A stretch of 64,000 bases of DNA from the NCBI GenBank assembly GCA_963758745.1, contig CAVWWW010000002.1, positions 188,829 through 252,828 on the forward strand. Direction: 5' to 3'. Made by a program: the position numbers and the translations under genes. The notes below the pieces were generated by a model. That model saw only the letters and a list, made by a program, of their open reading frames with translations. It was not told the origin of the DNA and ran no database searches. The DNA comes from an uncultured Acidobacteriaceae bacterium. Its GTDB lineage: Bacteria; Acidobacteriota; Terriglobia; Terriglobales; Acidobacteriaceae. Positions 40,853-50,945 of this stretch are shown piece after piece (within the stretch, counting starts at the first letter, position 1; the number at the start of each line of letters is the position of its first letter).

Positions 40853-42091
40853 TTAGAGGCCGAGCGTGCGAAGGACAGTGATATAGTCCTCCGCCGTTCT
40901 TTCCCGAGAAAAATTGGCGATGATATATTGGCGGCCGTTGAGTCCCATTTTTTGCCTCTGCTCGGGACAGTTCGCGAGATCCACAATCGCCTTTGCCAAT
41001 GCTGCGCTGTCTTCGGGCTCCGTATACATACCCGCGCCAGCGGCTTCTACAATCTTGCGCGCTTGTCCGTCGACAGCCACGATGACGGGTCGCTCGCAGG
41101 CCATATATTCGAGAAGTTTGGTAGGAATCACCGTCTTGAACAACTCAGTTTTTTTCAGCATCACGAGGCAGACATCGGCAGCCGAAATATAGGCAGGAAT
41201 CCGCTGCCGCGGCTGTTGATCAAGAAACCGGATGTTGGTGAGGCCGCGCGCAGCGGCGAGTTGAATGACTTGTTCTTTTTCGGCGCCTTCGCCGATTAGC
41301 AAGAACATTGCGGACGGAAACGTGGCTTGAAGTTCTTCGGCGGCCTCAATCAAGGTTTTCAGCCCATGCGCATTTCCCATGGTGCCGATGTAACAAATCA
41401 AGAAACGATCGTCGAGGTTCAGTTGCTTTCTCGTTTCCGACGCAGCGGGATCGGGGCGGAAAACATCAGTCTCAACCCCATTCTCTACAACTGAGATCTT
41501 TACATCGGGGACGTCCCAGTAGCGCGTGAGGTGGTCTTTGAATGCTGGCGTCACAACAACGATGCGAGTGGCGTGGCGATAAAGAAATCCAGCGATGGCT
41601 CCGAGCACGCGGTGGAGAAATGTTCCCACGCTGGCCGCACCAACGGCGGCGAGCGACTCCGGCCAGAGATCGCGGACTTCGAAAACAAAGGGAACCCGCT
41701 TCCATGATGACAACCACCATCCTGACCATGCGACCAGCAATTGCGGAGATGTCGCGATAATCACGTCCGGCTTGGGCAGAGCTAAACCGCTAATCGCAGA
41801 AGAGAAGCAGAACGAGGCGTAATTGCGGATGCGTTCGTGTCCTTTGCGATTAGGCAGTGGCCACAGCCAGGTGCGAGCGACCCGCACACCTTCGACGGTT
41901 TCAGTGTAGTGAAGGCGGCGAAATCGCGACCGCCAATCGTCGGGCACGACGCCGGTGGGGTGGTTGGGAAAGCCAGTGAGTACAGTCACCTCGTGGCCCA
42001 TACAGACCCAATACTTTGACAATTCCGCGGCGCGCGCCGCGGGTGCGCCCATTTCTGGCGGAAAATATTGCGAAACGTAAAGAATTTTCAC
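40853..42091 (-). CDS. Family-4 (GT-B) glycosyltransferase, WcaI-like
   Basis: MKILYVSQYFPPE.GA..AR..EL, and a C-terminal E..G....EY.A...PV motif region. GTG start at 42091. Confidence 0.8.
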   Translation of the reverse strand: MKILYVSQYFPPEMGAPAARAAELSKYWVCMGHEVTVLTGFPNHPTGVVPDDWRSRFRRLHYTETVEGVRVARTWLWPLPNRKGHERIRNYASFCFSSAISGLALPKPDVIIATSPQLLVAWSGWWLSSWKRVPFVFEVRDLWPESLAAVGAASVGTFLHRVLGAIAGFLYRHATRIVVVTPAFKDHLTRYWDVPDVKISVVENGVETDVFRPDPAASETRKQLNLDDRFLICYIGTMGNAHGLKTLIEAAEELQATFPSAMFLLIGEGAEKEQVIQLAAARGLTNIRFLDQQPRQRIPAYISAADVCLVMLKKTELFKTVIPTKLLEYMACERPVIVAVDGQARKIVEAAGAGMYTEPEDSAALAKAIVDLANCPEQRQKMGLNGRQYIIANFSRERTAEDYITVLRTLGL

Positions 42092-42127
42092 GGAGCTTTA
42101 GTGATGGGCATGGCAGCGAGCAAATTC

Positions 42128-44349
42128 TTATTCGGTGATCCGATGACTGATAGAACCTTCAACCACAATCGGCTGACCTGTGCAACGCGATTGCTCCAAG
42201 GCAAATGTGGAATGCATGGTAGCGATAATTTGTGCCAGCGGCGTCGGCGATTCGCCTTGAGCTTGAACGGCGGAAACAAACGCCTCCCATTCACCGCGAT
42301 GGCCTTTATCTTGTTGCAACAGCGATCGGAATACTTTCTTATGGCCCTGGCGAACTAGCTCGAGACGGCGAAAATCTTCTAACATAGCCACCGAGCCCCC
42401 TCCGAAGATTTCGACGCGCTCCTTGGAATACGATTTGTCTCCGTTCGCCAAATAGCTGATGGTGCCTTGAGACCCATTGGCGAAACGCAGCGAGGCGATC
42501 ACGTTATCGTTGCTGTAGTTTGCCTCCATTGGCAAGGCTTTGGGCTTGCACCTCAATTGGCGCAGTTCCGACGAGGAATATCAGGAAGTCGACGAAATGG
42601 CAGACTTCTCCGATTAGGCGACCACCGCCTTGTTCTGGATCATTTAGCCAATGATCGGCGGGAATGAAGCCAGCATTCACTCGGTAATGCAGCGCCATCG
42701 GCTCATGAATATGACTGAGAAAATTCTTGAGCTTAATCGCAAAGGGAGCAAATCTGCGGTTAAACCCTACCATTAGGAGCGGTTTGCCAGGCGCTTTGTT
42801 GTGCGCGCTCACAATATCGAGCAATTCATTTTCACTAAGGCACAGCGGCTTCTCACAGAAGACATGCTTACCGGAATTTAATGCCGCCACAACCTGCCTG
42901 GCGTGCAGATGATGACGAGTGGCGACCACTATGGTGCTGATCGCTGGATCGGCGATTACGCTGTCTTCATCTGTAGCAGCGTAGCGAAATCCAAACTTTT
43001 TCCCGCTGTGATGGGAGTGAGAGCCGTTAGCGGCGCAGATGCCGACGAGCGTTGAACCCGCCGTTTTCTTGATTGCCGGCAATAACGTGCTGGTGGCGAA
43101 AGCGCCGGCACCGAGTAGTCCGATGGCAACTGACAGTGTTGCTGCAGACCCAATCGCTTTGTCGTTTACCTTTTCCGACGCTTTTTGGATCACTTGTATA
43201 CGGCGCGCTTCCTCTGCATGTTCCGGGTAAGTGATCAGGACTCCGAGAAATTTTTCTTGAGACCTGCCCATGATGAGGTCGTATGCCCGTTGTGCTTGTT
43301 CGATTGGAAATCTATGGGTGATTAACGCGCCTACATTCACCTTGCTATCGGACCAACAACTGGAGAAATGCATCCATGTTTCGAGTTTCCGTCCAGCGCA
43401 CATAGCCTATGGGATAGTCGATTCCTTTCTGTTCGTAGGCTGCATCATAACGGCCCGGCCCGTAAGAGCGGGAGACCCGGAAGTCGAGCTCCTTCTCGTA
43501 GAAAGTTCTACGATCAAGTTCCGTGCCCACGGTGCCAACCGCCGTGATGACGGCGCGGTCACGAGCCACTTCGGCGGCTAGATGCACTGGGTCGCTGCTC
43601 GGGGTCTGCGCTGTAATCAGGACTACATCCGCGCCCCGACCGCCAGAGTGTTGCATGCACAAATCTCGGAAATCAGAGGATGATGTGGTGGCAGCGCCAG
43701 CGCCCATCCCTAATGCCAGGTGGACTCGTCCGAGATCGATGTCCATTCCTACGACACGGCAACCTCCGGCCTTAAGAATCTGCACGGTTAGCTGTCCGAG
43801 GAGGCCGAGGCCAATCACCGCAACGATGTCGCCGAGCTTTACGTCGGCAATTCGCACGCCATGCAAGGCTACCGCTCCTACCGTGGTTGCGGCGGCTTGA
43901 TCGAGGCTGACTTCAGCGTCTGAGGGGATCAGCGCCACGAGCAAGCGTGGGATGCAGGCGAATTCGGCATGCACAGCATGTCCCGCTCCGGCGCAGGCTA
44001 CACGATCGCCGGGGCGGATGTCCGTGACGCCTTCGCCTACGGCAACTACCGTTCCGGCGCTGCTATATCCCGGGGCGCCCGGCTGATCCATACGGTTGCG
44101 GACTGCGGAAACGGTTGAGATCACACCGTCCCGGCGAACCTTGTTCCAGACCTCGCGCACCAGGTCGGGACGCATTCTCGCCTTTTGCAGCAGATTTTTG
44201 CGGGCGAATTCGGACGAGGCACGCTCGGTTCCAACCGAAACGAGAGAGGCGGCCGTACGGACCAGGACGCAGCCGGCTAGCAATTTCGGAGCGGGTACGT
44301 CCACTACTTCGATCTCACCGCCGCTCACCTGTTGGAGAACCTGTTTCAT
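42128..44349 (-). pseudogene. Bi-domain oxidoreductase (N-terminal Zn-type alcohol dehydrogenase fused to C-terminal Gfo/Idh/MocA) broken by two +1 frame shifts
   Basis: The three ORF pieces (43345-44349, 42504-43403, 42128-42556) join as ...MDAFLQLLV|DSKVNVGALITHRFP... (about 43350) and ...GTAPIEVQAQ|ALPMEANYSNDNVIASLRF... (about 42539). Rossmann motifs are present in both halves (VIGLGLLGQ; GLLGAGAFA). Confidence 0.75.
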
Positions 44350-44458
44350 ATCATGTCGAAATCAGTGGTGACGGGCTCGTGCCGGCACGAGTTAAAAGCC
44401 CGTTTCGCTAGCGCAAATACAGCATCCGTAATTGTACGATGGTTAGCCGCCTGGCTTC

Positions 44459-46638
44459 TCATTTGCCTTCAGGTTTGAGGCTGACTTGATAAAGTTGCGT
44501 TGCATTTTGTGACACGATTAATTGGCGTTCGCTTTGCTGGAGATGGAGGGCGTCGCCGGCCAGAATCACGGTGACGATTCGAACCGGCAACGGGGCTTTC
44601 ACACGATATAGAAGAGAAATTGCCGGACATAACTGGCCGTAGGTGGGCGATTCCCAGCCCAACAAGGCTTCATTGGCAATTTTCCCTGCTGGATTCTTTC
44701 CTCCGCGACTCTTACCTCCACGAATGATTGCTACATTCCCGAGAGCGCTCGAAAACACATGCCAGCGAAAGTGTGCATTTTTCGACGAGAGCGCCGCGCA
44801 AAACGGTGAATCCGCGATCACCTCGAATGGCAAATCTGGCAAAAGCCAGTGCAAGCGCGACTCGTGCTCGCGCTCACCTAACAGATCGTCTACGATGACC
44901 CACGCGTCTTCGGTGACGGCCTGAACGGTCCGCCGATGATTCACCCCGAGGCGGCGGTAACCGTCGTGCTCGCCCTCGAAACGGTTCGGAAAACCACCTT
45001 CGTCGGTAGAGAAGGATCTGCCGGATGCCTGGGCCCAATCGAGCCAGAGAAAACGACCAGCGCGGCGCATCTGGTCGCGGCCATCCACCATAACTGTGTT
45101 GTGGACAGCGGTTCCCGCTAGACCGTTGTTCCACGGAGGGTCGCCATTGTAAAGATAAGTTCCCGGATCGCGCGCAAGGTTGAGGCCGTGCCACCAGAGG
45201 TCAACGTGCAGTTGGTCGGCTTGAAATGGACGCCGCTGGTAGCTGCCCGCTCGCACCATTGCCCACGACTTAGCGGTGCCGATGCGATGATAGCCGGTCT
45301 GGTTGGGCGGCTGCGATCCCGACACACCCACCCTAGCAGGGTTTGGGTGAGGCTCGACAACAGGTTGGCGCTCGGGGTTCGCGGCTTCGCCGAATAGCCA
45401 TAACGCTGCCTCATCCCATGGCCCCGGTTGGAGGGAGATCGAGATGACTCAGAACGTCGCTTCCCATACGCAGCAGCGGGCGAAAATCGCCGTGGTCACA
45501 TGCTGCCAAAGGAAGAATATAGCTGCCGTCATTCGATCCGTGATTGGGCGCACGTCCAGAATTGGGGTCTACGAAGGTGGAAATAAACTTGAAAGCTGCG
45601 GCGACGCGCGAGCGAATTTCAGCATCGAGATCGATTTTATAAATTTGTGCCAGACGAAGCGTCCAGAATAACTGCTGAAGAACCATGCGCTGGTAGTTAA
45701 ATGAGTCCTGGAGGTAAGCGCCATCGGGAGTGATCTGATCGAGGACAGCTTCGCGTAATAAATTTGCGCCATGTTTCTGCCAAGCGGCAGAGTCTGTTAG
45801 TTCGGGATAGAGAATTCCGGTAGTCCACAGTCCGACGGCTTCGCTGATCAGATGATTGCTGCGCTGCGATCTTGCATAGCTCACGGTTTGCATGGTGCGC
45901 CAGGCGTGTGCCGCGATCATGGACAGCAGCATCGCGACGCGTTGCGGCGTGGTCGCGCACGAATGCAGGAACGCGTAGAATGAGAAGGACCACGCCATTA
46001 TTCTTAGGGAGGATTCCTGTCCGCATATCCAGAGCGGGCCGGACATTGGCGGGCTGTGGGCGTGCCAGCTTTCGATCGCGTTCCAGAAAGCTTCGGGAAA
46101 ACGTTCGTCGCCAGTGAGGGCATAGGCACGGGCTAACGGGTAGATAAAAAGAAATCTTGACGGCTCGAGGATAAACTTGAGATCGCCGTACTCGGGAGAT
46201 GCGAATCTCATCTTGGTCCATGAGCGACTGGGCGAGACACACTCGCCGGTAAGCGGATTCTCGAACCATTTGGGCGGAAAACCGCAGTTGAATTTCAGAC
46301 GGCCGAAGAAAGGCAGAGTGCCCTGCAGAATGTCGTTCGCTTCGGTTGCTGCTGATCGTTCGCCGTCCTCGCCTAGAATCTTTTTTGAGCTCAGTGGCTA
46401 AAGTGCGTGGATTCGAAAAGAAGAATGGATGATTGCCTCGGCGGCGGATACTTAGAAAATCTTGCGGAGAAGTATTGGGCGCGATGCGTTTCAGATCCCA
46501 GGATTCCCAGCCGCCGACGGATCGCATGCGGCGCGACATTGAACCGCTTCCCCGCTGCGCTTCGTATTCGAGGCGCAGCAGACCGTCGCGTAGTCCAAAG
46601 GTTCGTCCCACCTGCCAGAGAGTTGCCAGCTTAAGCAT
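44459..46638 (-). pseudogene. Heparinase II/III-like (alginate-lyase-fold) protein broken by two +1 frame shifts
   Basis: The pieces join as ...TLATELKK|ILGEDGERSAAATEANDILQGTLPFFG... (T6 run 46381-46386) and ...HLDLPPTG|PWDEAALWLFGEAANPE... (C4 run 45422-45425). The C-terminal HADQLHVDLWWHGLN...NTVMVDG is heparinase II/III-like. The start ATG 46638 overlaps the formyltransferase stop. Confidence 0.65.
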
Positions 46639-47482
46639 TGAGGCCGCCAGACGGTTCGGTTCCACTCGCTTCGGGATTCGGACGCCCTTCTTTCAGCCGG
46701 TGCGCAGCGATCGTCTTTAACCGATCATGCATCACAAAAAACTGATTATCCTTTTCGCGATCCGCCTGAGGAATAATAGCGATCGTGCCGCGGTCCAGGC
46801 CGGTCACTGCTTCGGCGATTAGCTCGATTCCTTCGGCGATCATGCGATTGCGTAAGTCGGCCAGGGAATTGCACACTGCGGGCTGGTTAAATTCGCGCCG
46901 CAATAGGATTGGGCCGGTATCGATCCCATTATCCATGAAATGAATCGTTATGCCGATGGGTACTTCACGAAGCAGGGACCACTCCGGGCTGCTCATTCCG
47001 CGGATTTCGGGGAGTAGGGCTAGATGCGAATTCAAAACTCCAAGGCGGGGAACCTTCAGTAACTGGTCGCGCAAGATGTTTCCGCCGGTGAAGATCGCAA
47101 CGTCGGGAGACCACTGTTTTAGTTGCGCTATGGCACGAGGAGAGTTTTGATCGCTAACGGTTACGACTGGAAATTCAAAATGTCGCGCCACCTCCCGCAA
47201 GCTGCGGAATGTTCGGTCTCGATCTTTATTTTGCAATATTTTTTCCAGGTAGGGGTTGCGTACCTGCTTCGGTGTGGCGAGTTTGCCCGGTGACAATTTG
47301 GCGACGGCGTAACGAAGCGAATCGCGCAGGCCCCACTGTCCCAGCTTTCGGACCAGCGTGGCACGGTCCCAGAATGGCAGGGTCAGCGCGCCTACCGGAA
47401 TGTATCCGAGTTGTGCAAGGCGAGCGGCTGCGGTGCAGCCGGTTTCGCTGTACGGGCTGGAGCAGAGGATCACTACGCGCAT
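46631..47482 (-). CDS. Formyltransferase-family protein (Fmt N-terminal-domain type)
   Basis: NSHLALLPEIRG corresponds to the H.SLLP..RG formyltransferase motif. ATG 47482 overlaps the upstream stop by 10 nt. The ORF is open further upstream, but that part is a low-complexity out-of-frame repeat. Confidence 0.75.
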   Translation of the reverse strand: MRVVILCSSPYSETGCTAAARLAQLGYIPVGALTLPFWDRATLVRKLGQWGLRDSLRYAVAKLSPGKLATPKQVRNPYLEKILQNKDRDRTFRSLREVARHFEFPVVTVSDQNSPRAIAQLKQWSPDVAIFTGGNILRDQLLKVPRLGVLNSHLALLPEIRGMSSPEWSLLREVPIGITIHFMDNGIDTGPILLRREFNQPAVCNSLADLRNRMIAEGIELIAEAVTGLDRGTIAIIPQADREKDNQFFVMHDRLKTIAAHRLKEGRPNPEASGTEPSGGLNA

Positions 47483-48861
47483 TCCGATGCCTCGAGCTTC
47501 GTCGCGGGCTTCGTCACGAACTTTGTTGCAGACTCTGTCGTTGACTCTGTCGCGAACTTTGCTTCGATCTCGCGGGGCAAACGCTGCTCCAGCATTAACG
47601 CGTCGGCGAGGAACTTCGCTCCCCAACTTATGAAGCGCATGGGCTGATAGGTGCCCCAGATGGGGTAGGATCCGGCGACTCCGCCCAAGCATCCTTTATG
47701 GCCCTTGGTCGGGAGCGATTGCTTTAGCATCTCGTTCATCTTGAGGGCTGCGTTCAGGTAGCGCAGGTCGCCTGTCGTTTCGAAAAGCCGCAGCCAGACG
47801 CAGGACATCTGAGCGTTTCCGGTCAGGCAGGAAAACTCTTGGCCTCCCGCGAAGTCTGACTGGTAGGTTCCTGGCAGGCGTTTGTGAGTTTCGAATTTGC
47901 GCAGTAGGACCCAGGCCGACTTCTCCGCTGCTTGGATTGCGTCTTTGCGTCGGCGTAGGATCCCGCATTCTAATATTCCCTGAATTACGTAGGCGATGAA
48001 ATGCAGATACGCGGGATGGCCTTGCAGGTTGATACCGTCAATCCAGCCTGTGGGTTTGGCTTGGGCGATGATCCAATCAAGGTTGCGGTCGGCCGCTGAT
48101 GCATGATTGGGTTCGCCTGATTGCGCGGCCAACTGCGCCAGAGCCCATGAAACCATGCTGTAGTAGGTGTGCGCGGACCCCTGATAGGCGGCGGGGCCAG
48201 TCCAGGAGCCATCGGGTTGTTGGACTTCGGCTAGCCAATTGCCGGCTGCCTGGGCGCGGCCAAGGATTTCTGCTTTTTCGCTTTCGGCCTGGGTTTCAAG
48301 GTGTGCTCGAACTAGACCCTGCAAAATTTGACCGGTATTGAATACGGAGGGTTGAGGGTCAGTGTCGTGAGCGTAGAGTCCTGCGGGAAATGCTCCAGAT
48401 GCCATTTGCAACGACAGCAGCCAGCGCGTGGCTCTTTCAGCGGCCTTGCGCGGCACTAGATCGCCGTTTGCGTTGCTGAAATCGTACAGGGTTGGAATGA
48501 TGTAGCCGGTTACTTCGGGATATGAGCCGGCATATCCGGTTAACAGGCTATAGTAGGCGGCGATGCCGCCGTCTGGACCCTGGGCATTGAGAATCCAGTT
48601 GATCAGCAACCGCAGCGCGTTTTCGGTTGGGACGATTGTGGACGTGTAGGAATAGAGGTGTCTCTGCTCGAATGTTGTTCGCCATTTGTCTGAGGCAATT
48701 TTGGTAAGCAGAGGGATGGTGCGGTGCGGAGCGCGCAGCAGGCCAGCGGCTTCAGTCAGGGCACGAAGGGCCTTGCTTTTTTCCGTGCGTTGCCTGGGAT
48801 TGGGATTGGACTTCATCTGTTCGCTGGTGACTATACTGCGATCAATTACTGCGGCTGCCAA
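47473..48861 (-). CDS. Prenyltransferase/squalene-oxidase-repeat-like (alpha/alpha-toroid) protein
   Basis: Repeated Q..DG.W/G-type motifs (AQGPDGGIAAY, LQMASGAFPAG, VQQPDGSWTG). The C-terminal tail is built from 12-nt repeats. The start (TTG 48861 or ATG 48816) is uncertain. Confidence 0.55.
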   Translation of the reverse strand: MAAAVIDRSIVTSEQMKSNPNPRQRTEKSKALRALTEAAGLLRAPHRTIPLLTKIASDKWRTTFEQRHLYSYTSTIVPTENALRLLINWILNAQGPDGGIAAYYSLLTGYAGSYPEVTGYIIPTLYDFSNANGDLVPRKAAERATRWLLSLQMASGAFPAGLYAHDTDPQPSVFNTGQILQGLVRAHLETQAESEKAEILGRAQAAGNWLAEVQQPDGSWTGPAAYQGSAHTYYSMVSWALAQLAAQSGEPNHASAADRNLDWIIAQAKPTGWIDGINLQGHPAYLHFIAYVIQGILECGILRRRKDAIQAAEKSAWVLLRKFETHKRLPGTYQSDFAGGQEFSCLTGNAQMSCVWLRLFETTGDLRYLNAALKMNEMLKQSLPTKGHKGCLGGVAGSYPIWGTYQPMRFISWGAKFLADALMLEQRLPREIEAKFATESTTESATKFVTKPATKLEASECA

Positions 48862-48953
48862 ATAAAAGCAGGTCCTTCGCTTCGCTCAGGATGACAACAT
48901 GCGCAGCACGAGAACATTGGGAACGAGTTTCATGCAACGATTGAGCATTAGTT

Positions 48954-50942
48954 TCACACAACGGTTAATTGCTGCTTGCCGATCTGTCGCTCAGCGAATG
49001 ACTTTGCGCCGCCGTCCAGGAAAAGCTGCATCCAGATCTCCAGCGTCAGAAGCTGCCAGACTTGCATGGACCAATCTTCGGCACCTCTGCGTTGTTCGTC
49101 GATGTAGCGGCGGACGGCTTCCGGGCGAAATAGTCCTCGGCGCTTCAGTTGAGATTCCGACAGAAGATCGTCGACCATGGGACGCAAGTCGTGGGCCAGC
49201 CAGTAATCGACTGGGGCAGCGAAACCAGCTTTTGGCTGTCGCATGACCTCGTCAGGCAGCATACTACGCATGGCTTCGCGGAAGATGTGCTTGGTCACAG
49301 GACGCCACTTCCCTTTCAGCTTCGAATCTGGGCTTATGTTCCAGGCTACAAATTCGGCCAGATCGCGATCAAGGAAGGGCACGCGGACCTCAACCGACGA
49401 CGCCATGCTCATCTTGTCGTTGTAGGTCAAATTCAGACTGGCCATGAAAATTTTGGTATCCAGGTAGAGCATCTGGTTTAGAAAGTTGGAGTCCTTTACT
49501 TTGTCGAATGCCGCGAAATGCTGTTTCGCAGGATCACCGTTTGGCGTAGGGTGCTGAGCATATAGATCTGTCTTTTGCTGAGCATCGAAATAGGTGCAGT
49601 TCCTGATGAAGGCTTCCGCAGGGCTTAGCGCTGCGCTGCGCGCCATTTTCTTCGCCAGGCGGACTGGGCCTTTCATTGCGGTTCCGCGCAGCGAAGGCAA
49701 TGCCAGCAGAGTTTGCTCGGCGACCGAACGTGCGATTTTGGGAACGCGGCGGTATTCCTCGGCCCACGCGTGCGCTACGTGCTTGCGATATCCGGAGAAA
49801 ATTTCGTCGCCGCCGATTCCTGACAAGAGAACGGTTGCGTTCTTTCGCGCCTCACGGCATACGAGATAGGCGGTGATGATTGCGGGGTCGGCGGTAGGCT
49901 CATCCATGTGCCACGTCAAACCGGGCAATAGATCGACTACGTCGGGTTCAACCACGATCTCGTGATGCTCGCAGCCCAGTTGTCGCGCGAAACGATTTGG
50001 GACGCCGGGGTCGTCGATATGCGTTTCACCTACGCGATACTTCTCGGGAAAGGTGATCGTGTAGGTGCGCACGGGCTGCTTTCGGGCCATTGCTGCGACG
50101 ATGCTTGAGGAATCTAGGCCGGCACTGAGGAAGGCGCCGATTGGAACGTCGCTTACCATCTGCTGCTCGACGGAGGCGCAGAATCTTTCTCTGATTTCTT
50201 CTGCCAGATCCGCTTCGGTGCGTTCGAAACGATGGGACTCGGGAGGAAACGCCAGGTCCCAGTATTGTTCGATCTTGAACTCTCCGCCTTGGCAGACGGC
50301 GAAGTGACCTGCCTGAAGTTTGTGGATTCCCTCGAACATCGTCTGCGGGTCGGGCACCCAGAGGAACGTGAGATATTGATTGAGCGCCTCCATGCTCATG
50401 GTGGCTTCGATTCCCGGCACCTCGAGCAGAGCTTTCACCTCGGAGGCAAAGGCGAGCTTGCCGCCGCGCTCCCAGTAATAAAGCGGTTTGATTCCGAAAT
50501 GATCGCGGGCAAGGAATAATTTTGGGGAGCTGCCGCGCAGATCGCAGATCGCCAAGGCGAACATGCCGTTCAGACGATTGAGGCAGTCTTTGAAGCGGTC
50601 TGGGCCGTACTCTTCGTAGAGATGAACAATGGCTTCGGTATCGGTGTGCGAGCGGAAGCGATGACCTTTAGCTTCCAGTTCCCTTCTTAGATCGGCGAAG
50701 TTGTAGATCTCGCCGTTATAGGTGATCCACACAGTCCCATCTTCGTTGCTCATGGGCATGTGACCATCGGCGGAGAGGTCGAGAATCGCCAAGCGGCGGC
50801 TCCCCAGACCGATGTATGCGCCATTGGGGAGACGACGCTCCCAGAGGCCGGAATCGTCGGGGCCGCGATGCGTCTGCACGTTGGTCATGCGGGCCAGGGT
50901 TGCTGAATCGCCGCAGTTCACGAGGCCGCTGATTCCGCACAT
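48954..50942 (-). CDS. asnB: Asparagine synthase (glutamine-hydrolysing) family amidotransferase
   Basis: MCGISG (N-terminal nucleophile Cys2) and the PP-loop SGGLDSS-like AFLSAGLDSSSIV. 662 aa. Confidence 0.85.
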   Translation of the reverse strand: MCGISGLVNCGDSATLARMTNVQTHRGPDDSGLWERRLPNGAYIGLGSRRLAILDLSADGHMPMSNEDGTVWITYNGEIYNFADLRRELEAKGHRFRSHTDTEAIVHLYEEYGPDRFKDCLNRLNGMFALAICDLRGSSPKLFLARDHFGIKPLYYWERGGKLAFASEVKALLEVPGIEATMSMEALNQYLTFLWVPDPQTMFEGIHKLQAGHFAVCQGGEFKIEQYWDLAFPPESHRFERTEADLAEEIRERFCASVEQQMVSDVPIGAFLSAGLDSSSIVAAMARKQPVRTYTITFPEKYRVGETHIDDPGVPNRFARQLGCEHHEIVVEPDVVDLLPGLTWHMDEPTADPAIITAYLVCREARKNATVLLSGIGGDEIFSGYRKHVAHAWAEEYRRVPKIARSVAEQTLLALPSLRGTAMKGPVRLAKKMARSAALSPAEAFIRNCTYFDAQQKTDLYAQHPTPNGDPAKQHFAAFDKVKDSNFLNQMLYLDTKIFMASLNLTYNDKMSMASSVEVRVPFLDRDLAEFVAWNISPDSKLKGKWRPVTKHIFREAMRSMLPDEVMRQPKAGFAAPVDYWLAHDLRPMVDDLLSESQLKRRGLFRPEAVRRYIDEQRRGAEDWSMQVWQLLTLEIWMQLFLDGGAKSFAERQIGKQQLTVV

Positions 50943-50945
50943 ATT

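Noticed and set aside
2824-46386. Programmed +1 ribosomal frameshifting as the explanation for the 13 +1 breaks.
   Set aside because: The junctions share no slippery or stall motif of the prfB type (CUU-UGA-C with an upstream SD) and no in-frame stop at the shift site. They fall at arbitrary points inside conserved domains of unrelated genes. Insertion errors or mutations are far more parsimonious.
45697-46665. A 322-aa ORF apparently covering the 5' third of the heparinase-like region.
   Set aside because: Only its first ~95 codons are meaningful. After the T6 run (46381-46386) the conserved sequence continues in the +1 frame, and the rest of this ORF is Arg-rich out-of-frame read-through.
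9666-47562. CRISPR-like arrays.
   Set aside because: The only periodic repeats are contiguous 12-nt units without spacers, located inside coding regions. There are no 24-48-nt repeat/spacer arrays and no cas genes.
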